Positions 40,024 to 55,203 of a stretch of 64,000 nucleotides of DNA are shown here, piece after piece. The position numbers were made by a program, and so were the translations under genes. Under the pieces are notes generated by a model, which worked only from the letters and a program-made list of their open reading frames with translations, had not been told where the DNA came from and did no database searches. The DNA lies in contig OX597815.1 in the NCBI GenBank assembly GCA_951406725.2, positions 54,622,001 to 54,686,000 of the forward strand, read 5' to 3'. The number at the start of each line of letters is the position of its first letter. Position 1 is the first letter of the stretch. The DNA comes from Octopus vulgaris (lineage: Eukaryota).

Positions 40024-40194
40024 CATACATACCACGGGCTTCTTTCGGTTTCCGTCTACCAAATCCACTCACAAGGCTTTTGTTGGCCCGAGGCTATAGT
40101 AGAAGACACTTGCCCAAGGTGCCACGCAGTGGGACTGAACCAGGAACAATGTGGTTCGTAAGCAAGCTACTTACCACACAGCCACTCCTACGCC
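39770..40194 (-). mobile_element. tRNA-derived SINE (family B)
   Basis: Full-length match to family B with an internal CA/TA microsatellite. Confidence 0.88.
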
Positions 40195-41673
40195 TACGTC
40201 ATTCAGAAATTCTATAATCATCTCGTTAATCCACAGAATAGAAAGGGATTCCTCGGAGCAGAGACGGCATCTCCTTGAAATTAATTTGTATGGTTTCGCG
40301 CACCTTACTATGGACCAATTTTTGTTGTACTTCATTTTATTCTCCTTCAGTCGCCATACAAAATCTGCCAAAGATGCTAAATGTCTCTTATTGATTGTCT
40401 TAAAACTGGCAACGGGGTTACGATAACGATTCTTAAATGAATCAGCCGTCTGCCCAATGTAAACATACGGCCCTCCCCTTGTGTGCACGGTAGATTTATA
40501 TACAAGATCTGTACTCATGCAGAGATTCATCAAAGGACATTTTGATTTTTCTCTGCATGGGCATTTATATTTATTTGTATATAAGGCAGTTCTGACTCCA
40601 TTTACCAACGTTGTTGTCGTGTTAAATGTATCATAAGTATTTCTATTACTACAAATTGATCGTAATTGGTGTTTATCATTGCAGTTTACATCTCCTTAGT
40701 TGCTATTTAGATGCAACTAGATCTAGTTCGCTAGATCCAGTAGGTGGGTTATTGAACCTTTGTCGCATTTTGCTATTGTTTATGCGATACCTAAAGGGTA
40801 TTGTGGAAATATACTGTATAGTTATTTAGGCATTTGGATTTGTGGTAGAATTTTAATGTGCGAAAAAAGCGGTGGTTGTCCGTGCTTAGAGCCTCATTAT
40901 GTTTAGCTTCTCTAAATTTGCAGAGTTCACGGTGTGTCGATTAAAAATAGCGTGACACCGATTAGATTTAGGAAAATACTTGTCCAAAGCAGCAAAATAT
41001 TTTCCAGCGATCTTGGTTGAAACATGTAAACCGAAAATCGGTTTGAACCAGAGGACATCCCGATTCCTATATCTGTTGTTAGGCTTATTTGATCGAATAA
41101 GAATTGGAACAAGCAGCTGGATTATTATGTCACGTGTGTCTATGAGTTTTCATTGGTAGTTCATTTATATGATCAATTCTGTTGTGTTATACAATGTGCA
41201 TCACAGTTGGAAGAATTACCAATGTTGTGTATGCCAGCTTCTTGTATATATTGAACTTTTTCACGGTACCCAGCCCTAGCTTGAGCAGTATTATAATAAG
41301 TTGCATGTGATTCGAAAATTTTATTATTAGCGGATAATCTAGAGATTCTTGTAGAAATATTCTTAACCAGTCTTCGTATAATCGAGGCTGGAAGGTTGGA
41401 TGTTACATTAATGTACTTAATATGATAATGTACTTAATATTTGGCTTATGAAATGGTTAAAATAATCCAGTATGAGGACAGAAGATGACGTCAAGAAAAT
41501 TCAATCTACAATCATAAATTATACCAATGTTTAGTCCTAAATCTTTGAAAAGTCTAAAGAAATTTTTCCTATGCCTTTCCAACTGTACTTTGCTACTTCT
41601 GTCCAGAAAAAAATAAGGCGTCATCTCTGTACAGACCCTCCCCCGTTATTTACTGAAAGGAAAACTGGATTAC

Positions 41674-41676
<3 letters not shown>
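40195..41676 (-). mobile_element. Penelope-like element fragment (RT C-terminus and GIY-YIG endonuclease)
   Basis: GLYRDDA at ~41620-41640; CPCREKSKCPL...LVYK...YIGQTADSFKNRY...LADFVWRLKE...CRLCSEE in ORF 40171-40608. Confidence 0.85.
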
Positions 41677-41727
<51 letters not shown>

Positions 41728-41763
41728 GCAGATATATATATATATATATATATATATACATGC

Positions 41764-41830
<67 letters not shown>

Positions 41831-41835
41831 GCAGA

Positions 41836-41867
<32 letters not shown>

Positions 41868-41875
41868 CATGCAGA

Positions 41876-41910
<35 letters not shown>

Positions 41911-41914
41911 GCAG

Positions 41915-41970
<56 letters not shown>
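41676..41970. repeat. (TA)n array punctuated by repeated (C)ATGCAGA, then (TG)n
   Basis: Five (C)ATGCAGA units separated by (TA)n of variable length. Confidence 0.9.
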
Positions 41971-42064
41971 CCATAATTAATAAATTAATGAGTACAAATT
42001 GACTTGCAAAATATTTATACAGATGCAAACTCCTACTAAAATATGATCATACATACATAGACAT

Positions 42065-44040
42065 GTAGGATAGGGGAGAAAATTGTTCATCTTTCCGTGG
42101 GTTTCGTGGTTGCAGTGTAAAGCTTCGCATTTGTTAGAAGTCTCTTTAGCGATTTGTGTTGACTTTTGCCTTTGATGAATTTATATGCTTTCAGGATATT
42201 GTTCATTTTTGGGTTCCTAGTTAGGAAAGGAAGGTTTTGCACAATATTGTTGTATGCCTCATTGTTTCTAGGGTCGTGGGTTGATATATACAGTAGTGTT
42301 TTGAGATGATGTGTGGTAGTATGTTTTGCTGTACTTAGTGTTTTATATCTAATTTCTTGGCACGCTTAATTCCATCGTCTATAAGTGAGGGTGGATATTG
42401 TCTTTCAGTTAGTGTTATTCTGAGGTCTTGAAGACGAAGGTCCCGAGTAGTCCAATCAGACACTAATCCTTTTTGCCAAATTAAAGGGGATATTTATTTT
42501 GATGTGTTTCGGGTGGCATGAGCCAAAAAGAAGATATTGCTTCGAGTCCGTTGGTTTATGATAGATGTCAGTTATAATTTGGTTGTTGACTTTTTTTATG
42601 ATTATATCCAAAAATGGGAGCTGTTCTTTGCTATATTTCTTTGTAAATTGAATGTTACGGTTTATGTCATTTAGTGTTGATTTGAATTCCAAACGTTTAT
42701 CAATTGTCTCCTTCCAAATGATAAAACAGTCGTCCATGTATCTTTTCCAGTTTTCTCTTATATAATGGGGAAATGGATAACCATATTTTTGCAGTGGCAC
42801 TTCATAAATGGTGAATTCAAAATAACCCATTATCAGGTTCGCAAAAACAGGGGCTGCTTTCGTTCCATCGCAATTCCGCATTTTGGACGTTAGTAGGTGT
42901 CATTAATATTCAGGTCTTTGTTGTCTTGTAGTTCAGTTAGATTCTTCCATTCTTCCATTGTTAAAGTTTGAATTAATTTTTCGTTTATAGAAAGTAAATG
43001 GGAATTTTGGGATATAGTCGCAGAAGCCATCTAGGTGGTAGGTAATTATTTCTGTTTTTAACCAATGACTCATCTTCGTTGTTGTAGTCAGTTAGTGCTT
43101 CTGTGAGTCGTAGTTTTCTGTAGAATTCTGAAATATTGTCTTTAATTTCATTATGGTTAGATCTTCGTGAGACTGGGGTAAATTTCAGTCCTTTAGGTAG
43201 TATACTGATTTTTGTTGCAGAGAGAGCTTTCTTTGATAAATTTATTACTTTGGGCTTCTCTTGTAAGTTTTGTTCCATTCGGTCTAAAAAATGTTTCTCT
43301 CCACTCAGTCTAAAAAATATTTACTGTAATTTAGTTGGTAGAAGTTTATTTATTATATTGGGATTGCTGGGAGGTTGGTGTTGCTGTCTGGGTAAATTGG
43401 TTGGAAGTACGTGGTTCAGGTTTCTTCGTTAGAATATATTGTTGGGGCGCAGAATTATGTTTGGGATGCTGAGGTATTGCTTGTGCTGTCTGAGTAAATA
43501 GGTTGAGAATCCGTAGGTTGAGTTTCTTCGTTAAGGGGCAGAGTAAGTCTCTTGGACGTTTCTAGTTGCTGGATAGAAAAAAATTACTCTTAACCTTACG
43601 TTGATTTCGTCTACTATTTTCTATTAGTGACTTGTCCCTATTACTAGATTGAGAAAGGCTTACTTCCAGGTGAGAAGTTTAAATAAAGAAAATTTAATCA
43701 TAAAAAAATACAGAACATGTCTAAATATGCACGCATAACCAACTTTGATCTCTATACATATTTTAATTCACGCTTACATAGCCATCACTCTACATATTTC
43801 TCCCCACTACTCTAGTGTTTTAATTTTTGTGTATATATATCCAACCCCAACCGAAAGATGAACAATTATCTCCCCTATCCACAATAATAATGATCACTAA
43901 TTACGTCTCCTTAGATTTTTCTACTTATTGAATCATTCATTCATAAACTCCACACACGTGGACAAATTTTGTTTTTAAGAAAATACATATTTAAATAAAT
44001 TTTAATGTCATGATTAGCGAAAGCGAAACCGGTCCACAAA
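42065..44040 (-). mobile_element. Penelope-like element fragment with an inverted terminal segment
   Basis: VINLSKKALS...LPKGLKFTP, GTKAAPVFANLIMGYFE, RYMDD, LPFLDI and TDIYHKPTDSKQYL...SCHPKHIK. A 30-bp inverted repeat links 42065-42094 and 43851-43880. Confidence 0.85.
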
Positions 44041-44171
44041 CACAATATAAGATATATTAAAAATACATTAAAACTATGTAAAGTGTATGCATTTTCCTTC
44101 TTTAATATATTTACTTTTTATATATACAACAATCCCCACGTCGGGGATACTCGAAATCCCTCCTTTTCTTT

Positions 44172-44212
<41 letters not shown>

Positions 44213-45039
44213 CACATATGTACGCTCACATACACGCACATACACACAAGTAAAAATATGCATATATACACACTCAATCTAGATATATATATTAGTTCCC
44301 TATGTGGGTATACACATATGCATGCATGCACAATTGGTCCCCCGTGTATGGAATAATACACATAAGAGAACATAGTTAAGTGTAAACTGCAAAACAAAGT
44401 GCAAATACATAATTAAAAGAAGGTGTGAAATTGGTATTACAAAGTGAAATAATTATTTTGTTGTGTGGGAGAGGTAGTGAAATGAGTAAATAGACTGGGT
44501 GTCTGTATTAAATAAAAGTGGACAAATGTTGTGGTCCAGAATAAAGTAAAGTGAAACAATCAAACATTATATATGAATAATGAATATGTTACAAAATAAA
44601 GATAAATTTATTTATTGAAGGATCAAATGTACTATTAAGGGAGGGGTTTGTCAGGGGAATGGATACATGCGCACACTATAGTCTAAATTTATGTCCAGAG
44701 CTAAGAGAATGGTCATTATATAGTTATAAGAGGGTGGAAAGATTATATTGAGAAGTAAAATAATAAAGTAATACAATGCAATTGTTATGTGCATGAGATG
44801 TGGTTTTTAAACACGGGGTGGTTTTAGTGTAAGAATATTAATGCTGAATCGCCTAAAGGGGAGTTTAGATAAGTTAACCTATTAAACAAACTGTAATAGT
44901 AAGGTAATTTATGCCAACATCTAGAATCTAATTCTACTATTACTAAGGTAAACAGCGATGTGTGTCATTAGTGGAGAAGATTATATGGAATCACTAATAT
45001 TTTTTGTAACTAGAGAAAACATGCTTACCTTTGGGCAGA

Positions 45040-46490
<1,451 letters not shown>

Positions 46491-46493
46491 CGT

Positions 46494-46551
<58 letters not shown>

Positions 46552-46819
46552 GACAGACAGAAAGAGGGGGAGTTTAGTAATATATATTATATACTAAAAT
46601 GATGATACAACACTATCAAACAACTGAGTAATTGCATTTTCAACGTAGGTGGGTCTCATACACAGTAACTGCAGTCTTGACTGCAGACTGCAATTTCATG
46701 TTGTGTAAGCATCTGCACATTTCCTTCAAATTTTATTAGCGCAAAAGTTTACTTCCATTCTCACATATGAATATATTTAGTTTTATCTTCGATAGAAACA
46801 CTGAATGTCATCACATCCA

Positions 46820-47001
46820 CATATCCATGCACACATACTTATATACATACAAATACACACATACTCACATACATATATACATGCATATATATATATATAT
46901 ATATACATACACACATACATATACATATGTATGTATCGATAGAAGAATATACATTAATACATATAGATATATGAATACATATATGTACATATATATACAT
47001 G

Positions 47002-47049
<48 letters not shown>

Positions 47050-47212
47050 TCTGTTTGTGTGTGCGTTTGCATGTGCGTATACATATATGTATGTGTGTGT
47101 GTATATATATATACATGTATATCTGTTTATGTACATATATGCGTGTGTGTATATACACATACATACATATATGCGTCAGTTACAGATACATGTTTGCGTG
47201 CATGTGTGTGTG

Positions 47213-47302
<90 letters not shown>
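46820..47302. repeat. Low-complexity TA/CA/TG tract ending in a long (TG)n
   Basis: Directly visible. Confidence 0.9.
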
Positions 47303-47305
<3 letters not shown>

Positions 47306-48479
47306 AAGTAAATAATAGGCTTTAAGTGAGACACTTCTACTGAAATCATAGAAACTCCTGTTAAAGCAACATGTTTTATTAACGTTCAGCTGTATTGATT
47401 ACAGAGTTATTATTTGTAATTCCATTCTATTTTACTGGCAGTGAAATTCAACAAAATTCTCTTTGGCTCCTCGATCAATAACAACTAGAAGAGACGTCTT
47501 CAATGCTATTCGATGTGCCTAAATGAATTGATTTCCATACCTGATTGAAATATCGATTGTCGTAATAGCAACAAATGGGTTCCTTTTATTTTCTTGTAAA
47601 CTCTTAATGTTTGTTGATCAATGCTGAAGCTTTATTGAGTAATGTAGGTACACAAGACAGACAGAAGACAAGACTTCTGGCATCACTTTGTGAATAGTGA
47701 TTCAGAGACCATTTAGTTGATGCGTTGGCTCACTACCAGTAATGTAATTTTGCAGTGGCAGACAAAAGACTAAGAGTTATTCTTGGGAAAGACAAACTGA
47801 CTGAATACTAGTCTAAAAGATTAATAAGTAAAGAAAGGAATAATGGGGAAACGAAAATGATAGTAGACCAAATACCAAAGTAGTGAACACACACACACAA
47901 ACACGCGCGCGCAAACACACATACACAGACACGCACACAACAACACATTCAGAGACATACACAGATACACATACATATATACACTCATACGAGTGCAAAC
48001 AAGTAATTTCAATCATAACAATATATACACAACCGAAATTAATATTAGGAATAAAGACTGCATGTACATGACATACGAAGTCATGTATCACAAAATATAT
48101 GTGTATTCGAATATATATTTTTATGTGTATTTGTTTGTGCGTATATATGCATATGTACACATATATACATATGTATATGTAGATAAACACATGCATACTT
48201 ACATGCAGACATATATGTGTGCGTCTGTTTGTGCGTGCGTTTGCATGTGCGTATACATATATGTATGTGTGCAATATGTGCGGATGTATGTGTGTGCGTG
48301 GTGTTATGACTACATGTATGGGTAAATGATAAAAAGTGCTCTACACAGTTATAATACAGTACTCTGAGTTCCTGCCCTTTTAGAAAATTGACAAATAAAT
48401 TCTACGCGGACATGAGGCACACATAAACCTAGATAGATATTTGTACATATACTCACATATAGGATTTTATGTTACGTTT

Positions 48480-49300
48480 ATATATCTACATGATCCAGAC
48501 ATGGCCAAAGGGTTTAGAGACTCGCATTGGAATTATGGTATAACGTTCAGTATATCTCACCGAATCCTGGGCAAATGTTTCCCGCTATAGTTTTTAATCA
48601 ATTCCCGCTTTATCAGTGAAACTGGGCACAGAGAAATTACATAGAAGCTCGTCCCATGATTTGCACATGTAATTCAAATAACATTCTTTATCACACACTT
48701 TGTTATATATGCACTTTTTAGACATTTTAATGGGAACGTTCCTCTTGTATTCCTCAAGTTGATGACTGCAGGTATTCAGTAACAGTAAGGGCTTCTCTGT
48801 ATTTATCCCCAGGTCACTTCTTTTCTTTTTCATGGCATCGTATATTGTTTGAGCGACAATGTTATGTTGCATTGTGATATGGTACCTTGATGACATTTGC
48901 TGATCATATGTGCGATGTCTTCCACAGGAATGTAACCTAATCGCCATTTTCATCGTGAGGCTCCAAGGTTTTCACTTTCTCTTTTGTAGCAATCTCCATA
49001 TCTTGGTGGCAAAAGCATAGCCTTCAAAGTGTGAGGTAGAGTAAAGGTTGAATGTCCAAGAAAGGCTGCACCTCATGTCCATAAGACTATCATCTTGTAA
49101 ACATTTTAGCATAGATTTTTCAGGTCACTTACAAAGTGATCAGGGGCTACACTGTTATCTCAAGCAGTTGCAAAATCTAGCATGTGTAAATGAAGAATAT
49201 TCCCGTTGCTATAGAGGCAGAACCAACTAAAGTCAAATGGTTTGAAGAATCATTCAGTTTATTTGCATCGTCATATAAACCCCCTGCTGATTAACGTAGA
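48480..49300 (-). pseudogene. Old REL-type (Dong/R4-like) LINE relic, C-terminal region
   Basis: SHFEGYAFA and QHNIVAQTIY (RH[N/D]-type motif after the zinc finger); heavily decayed. Confidence 0.5.
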
Positions 49301-49679
49301 ATTATCAATATAATAATTTATTCGTGATCATGTGCACGAATCTTATTTCAACGTCAATAAATTCCATGGAGAGTTTATGTGATATATTTACCCTGGTTAC
49401 AGGAGAAATCAAATTATATTTATTATTGCATGTATGCTATAGCTGTCATGCAGCGAGTATGGCAATAACTTGTAATAACGTATCATTACGTTATTACGTG
49501 TTAGTTAGAAATATATAGCCTCCATGTTTATTTAGCTGTAAAAATTAATGAGTACTTAAAACAATGAAATTAATAATAAGCAATTAACAATAAGTAATAA
49601 ACTATTTAATTTTACAAACGTCGGCAAGAAATATAATACCTCTATTGAATTCAAATTTAATAAAATCATTCACATTTAT

Positions 49680-50080
49680 GGCGCAGGAGTGGCTGTGTGA
49701 TACGAAGCTTGCTTCTCAACTACGCGGTTCCGAGTTCAGTCCCACTGCGTAGTACCTTGGGTAAATGTCTTCTACTATAGCCTCGGGCCAACCAAAGCCT
49801 TGTGAGTGGATTTGGTAGACGGAAACTAAAAGAATCCCGTCATATGTATATGTATATATATATATATCTATGTGCAGGTGTCTGCGTCTCTCCTCCCTTT
49901 CATCACTTTAAAATCAGTGTTGGTGTGTTCATGTCACCATAACTTAACGGTTCGGCAAAAGAGACCGATAGAATAAGTACCAGACTTAAAAGATAAATTC
50001 TGGGGTCGATTAATTCGACTAAAAATTCAAGGGAGTGCCCCAGCATGATCGCATTCTGATGACTGAAACAGATAAAAAAT
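49680..50080 (+). mobile_element. tRNA-derived SINE (family B)
   Basis: GCGCAGGAGTGGCTGTG head, GAGTTCAGTCCC B-box and GGTTCGGCAAAAGAGACCGATAGAATAAGTAC body. Confidence 0.85.
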
Positions 50081-50198
50081 CAAAGATAAAGTTATATAGG
50101 TAGAGTATATAGGTAGGGAGAGGAGGAAGGGAGGGGAGACAGAGAGAAAGAGAAAAATATAGATTGTGATACACACACAGACACACACAGACACACAT

Positions 50199-50284
<86 letters not shown>

Positions 50285-50286
<2 letters not shown>

Positions 50287-52890
50287 TGAATGCCACTGAT
50301 GGGTTTTTCTGCCCAGATCTGGGGGGGGGGGTTAAGCAATGATGGGTTTATGGGTTTTAATTTCCAAATTTACATTAAATCTGGGTTTTTAAGTTACTTT
50401 AGGCTGCAAACTTATCTTTTAAAGAGAATTCGGTGTCATACTCTTTGTATGCAATATGTACCAAAGCTGCGCCCGTTCTAATACTTTGTAAACTTTCTAT
50501 ACATCATCCATAATCATCTCACGTAATAAATTTATCGATACAAATATTGTAGGTGATCGTATGCGTTCATTATTTGTTTATACTTGTGTCATACCGGGCA
50601 ACTACTAGTTACAACGCGTTGGTGGCCGCTTGTATACTTGTCTGAAACTCTGACACCACCAGTTGACAGCTTGACTGTGTTGATGGTGTATGCTTAGATT
50701 GTTACTCGCGATTTGAAATTTGTTTAACAACATTTTGAGTGTGTGTTTTTGTTTTGTAACCCTTTGCGAAGGAATTGGTACACCCAAAATTTCAAGAAGT
50801 CGTGGCTGGAGGATGCTGCTTTTAAAGTCTAATTACGGCAAGATCATAAAAATCCTGACACCTGCTACTGCGTTTGTTGCAACGTTGTATTAAAAAGTGT
50901 TAACAAATCAATGCTGTTAGCTCATAAAAACACTGCCAAACACAAGAAAGCTTTTGAGTGTGCGAAATTTGCTATTAAATTAGATTCATTTATTGTTAAA
51001 AAAACAGATGACACATTTAATGAAAAAGTAGCTAAGGCAGATTTGCTACTAACACGTTATGTTGCTGAACATCACATACCTTTCATCCGTATAAATCACT
51101 TAACTGAAATTTGTAAGAATGCCTTTCCCGATAGTGAAACAGCTAAAAATCTACAAAAGAAAAAAAAAACAAAATTAACATACATTATGCAAGACGGAAT
51201 TGCACATTATGAACAAAATGAAATCTTGGAAATTCTCAAGAAACATAAGTTTTCATTATTGATAGATGAAAGTACGGACATCTCAATGACACAAATCTTT
51301 GCAATTGTTGTTCGCTTTTTTTGATGAACGATTGCTTAATGTCAAGGATGCTTTTCTGGATGCAATTGTAGTGGAAAATGGTTCGTCTCAGGGTTTGTAC
51401 GATGCTGTCAAATCTACGCTTACAAAAGATGTATTTATGAGCAACATACTTGGATTTGTCAGCGATAATTGCTCAACAATGATGGGTAACAAGAGCGGGT
51501 TTCAAAAGTCATTAAGAAAAGATATCCGACTATTTACAATAGGCTGTGTTTGCCATTCGTTTGTTCAAGTTATGCAGTGAAGGTGTTATCTTCGTATCTC
51601 GAGTCATTTTTAAAGAACTTAACTTTTTACTTTTCTCGAAGTAGCATACATCAAAATGATTTCAATATCCTACAAAGTGACACAAAGGAAAACAAGGTTC
51701 CAAAGCTTTTGCAAACTAGAGGGTTGTCGTGTGAAAATGTAATTAACGTTATAATAGAACAGTGGGATGCCCTTGTACTTTATTTTCAGTCAGAGACTAA
51801 AGTGGAAAAAGTAGACGGAGCAAAAAGGATCTATGAAACAATGATTAACAAAGGGACGAAACACATGCTGCTCTTCTTACATTATATATTTAAAAAAGTA
51901 ATTGCTCTTAATGTCAAATTTCAATCGGAACACTTTTGACTGCATCTGTTTCATATACTTGTATCCAGTGAATATAAAAATATCCTTAGTTGCATTATAA
52001 AAGAGCCTGTTTTAGCTGTATCTAAATTATCATATTGATCTTAATAACACAACAAATCACAGATATGAGTGTGGATGCGCAAATATTTAGAACAAAACCC
52101 CATCGCTGGTGACTCAGCTAGATTCAAAACTGACTACAAAAAATGTTTAATAGAATTATGCTCCCAAATAAAAATGTGCTTTCCTCTCGATGAAGCTGGA
52201 GTATTTGCCCTCTTAGAAATACTTGATCCAAAAGTAGCACGCAATCTCACTGACGCTCTCCGCAGTCGGTAATTCCCTTGGCATCATACTGTCCTGAAAT
52301 TGCACCAGAAAATACACTTGATGAACTAGACGACGAGTGGAGATTATTTCAGCAATATAAAGATATTCCTGTTTCCTCAAAAAGCATCCCTGAATTCTGG
52401 TATTCCATACGCAATCTTAAAGACGGGCTTGACGATACTAAATTTGAGAGGCTGGCACAATTCATGACTAATTTGACGGTGTTACTTCATTCATCAACGT
52501 GCGTGGAGTGCATATTTTCCCAAGTAAATTGCACAAAGATAAAGTTCACTAATAGGTTGAAGGCCGAAATGATCACCGACTAAACAAATAATTACAGGGG
52601 AGCGTCATGCATTTATTGGGAACCGAACACTAAACTTATTAAAGATGTAGTGAATTGAGTCTCGTTATTAAAGGAGTAAATGAAAATGATGTGGATGTGT
52701 ACGAAATTGACAATTAGCTGCCATATGATATTAAGTAAGTATTAAATTGTGTATTAATTTTGTCATATAACTTATTTTATCATTGAATTACCAATTACAT
52801 ACCTATTTTCTAACATCTGGGTTTATAAAATAGGATCTGGGTTTTTTGCAGCCAATAATCTGGTGTTTTATTATTTGATGAATGGCTACC

Positions 52891-52893
<3 letters not shown>
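50285..52893 (+). mobile_element. hAT-superfamily DNA transposon inserted in (TA)n
   Basis: Right end GATGAATGGCTACCCTG (reverse complement CAGGGTAGCCATTCATC) against decayed left end CATGAATGCCACTGATG. Sub-terminal TCTGGG/GGGTTT repeats at both ends and ATATATAT on both flanks. Confidence 0.75.
50790..52640 (+). pseudogene. hAT transposase (ZNF862/ZMYM-like family), multiply frameshifted
   Basis: FSLLIDESTDIS, SDNCSTMMGNKSG, CVCHS (CxxH), TRGLS (TRWLS-like) and dimerisation motif HSSTCVECIFS...NRL. Confidence 0.85.
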
Positions 52894-52945
<52 letters not shown>

Positions 52946-54124
52946 ATATTCGACTTAATCTTTCAACTTTCCAAGAGTTATAAAATAAATCGACATGATA
53001 ATAAAATTTATGAGGTAAGTAAGAATTTATCAACTGTCACCATCTTATATCAATGATAAAAGGAAACAGTTGAATGAATGGTAGTATGTTTAACTGTGTT
53101 TCATTTTGTCTCTTTGTATTTTGAGTTCAAACCTCGCTGTAACTGACGTTGCTTTTTCTGATTGATGAAATAAAATGTATTCGGAAATCGATTCTATCGA
53201 TTATATCCCCTCCCCATTAAATAAGTGACTGAGCCAATGTAAGAAATCGATACGGAATAGACCGCTTTTGTAATTTCAACTTCAATAAATTGACTTCTAA
53301 TACATGCACATCGCCAAACATTTTTGGGTTGGCTGACGGTTGATTAAATCGACTGAACATTATTTTATTGACCATTCTAGAAATCAAACTTAGAATGTTT
53401 CTCCGGCGGTTTATTGATTATGTTATCCACCGCTCTTTTCCAGTTAAATGTACGAAAATCTCATTAACAAATTCAAACTTTTAATTAGTGTATCATGCAT
53501 ATATCATATTCTCAGTGACATCACCTCAGCGACATAAGTAGATTCCACATAGACACTCAATGTAAATTGTACAACTTTGCGGGATCTATTTCCATAGTGA
53601 CACTTCTATCGGCAAACTCTGGTGATCTGACCCTATCTTAAGGCATACAAGCCAGAATTCGTAGGCTATAAATATAATTGTAAAAATGCTAAATGCATTT
53701 CGACTAATGAGATACATAAGAAGTATCGGTCTTTTGATATTCAGCCTGTGTGCTATGGTTTGCATAGATTTTGAAGTATCAGTAGCGTTTCGTTTTCAAT
53801 TTCATGGTTAATACCAGGAAATTTCATAGTTAATACCAGGAAATTCCAACGATATCAATCGAACGGCTAGAAATAACTGTTAGATTATCCCAACTCACAC
53901 TTCATTTTCCAATGAAACGAAGGCTAAGTTTGTTTGTGATATCCTAACGAATACTGCTACTAGTAAATAGCAGTAGTTTAGATAATAATAGAAGTACATG
54001 CTGGTTATCCAACAGATGCACGAAGTAAAGATCAACGTGGCTCTATGACGATGGGTGACACCTATAACGTTAAATACAAATTCTTTCCAAGTACTGTAAT
54101 TTACTAAGCTTCTGATTTCCTAAA

Positions 54125-54580
54125 TTCCAAACCACGTTGGGTTGGAGAAAATGGGGCGGGTGGTGGGATCGAGCTGGAGACGACGGAAGGCCCGTAGTAT
54201 CCTCCGACGAAGGGGTAGAGTGGAGGGATGGAAAGGTAGGCGAAAGGGGGTGCGGTTAGGGGGTTGGTGAGAGGATGGAGAAAGGGTGGTGGTGCGGTCG
54301 ATTCGACGAGCGCGGGCAAGGGCGTTCTGGACCAGGGTTAGGGGGTATCTTCGATGCTTGAACAGGCGGGCCAGGTACTGTGACTGGGTCTCAAAATCCT
54401 GGTCACGGCTGCACAAGAGTCGGAGGCGGAGGAACTGGGAGTAGGGGATGGCCCGTTTGGTGTGGAAGGGATGGGAGGAGGAGAAGTTGAGGTAGAGGTG
54501 GGAATCCGTGGGTTTGAAGAAGGCGGAGGTGGTGAGAGAGTGGGAGGGGTGGTCAATGCTAAGAGAGATGTCGAGGAATT
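54125..54580 (-). pseudogene. Penelope-like RT thumb fragment (GC-rich family)
   Basis: Minus strand FFKPTDSHLYLNFSSSHPFHTKRAIPYSQFLRLRLLCSRDQDF...RRYP. Confidence 0.8.
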
Positions 54581-54727
54581 TAACAGCAGTGTCGTAAATT
54601 TAAATTTAAAATAACAAGGGTCAAAAATTGAATATTAATTTGATTAATATCAATTTAAAACCAGTGGTATAGCATATTGAAAAGTCTGAAGTTTCAGAAA
54701 AAATTATTGTACATATATATAAGAGTG

Positions 54728-54851
54728 ATGACCTGTAAGTGGACATGCATTATGTTAAAAGAAGATCCACTATGGTCTTACCATTTCTTTGTTAGAGGTA
54801 AGACCATAGCGGCTCTTCTTCTAGCATAATGGATGTCCACTTACAGTTCAT
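54728..54851. repeat. Hairpin with ~55-bp arms and a 14-nt loop
   Basis: CTGTAAGTGGACATGCATTATG...CTATGGTCTTACC pairs with GGTAAGACCATAG...CATAATGGATGTCCACTTACAG. Confidence 0.85.
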
Positions 54852-55203
54852 GCCACTTATATAATAGTTTCACCTTAATAGTTTCAGTATTAAAGTGAAA
54901 GCATTTGGCATTACAATAGAGAGATGTTTTTGTTTCACTTTTGACACGCAATACTGAAATAGTGAAGAAGATATGATATTGCTGTTGGCTCGCCCGAGGC
55001 AAGAAGTTAAAAAATTTTGCCCATGACACTACATGGACCCTAAGTAAGGCATGTGTAAATTTTTAATGAAATTGGTTGTGTAGTTCTCAAGTTTTAGGGA
55101 TTTTTGTGATTGTGTATAACTTTCTATATGATTGTGTGTACTTGTATATATGTATAAGTATGGTTATATTTGCATATGTGTATCTAAAACGTTGTATCTA
55201 AAG

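Noticed and set aside
41676-41935. Repeat-spacer pattern reminiscent of CRISPR
   Set aside because: The spacers are pure (TA)n, the repeat is only 8 bp, the context is eukaryotic and there are no cas genes.
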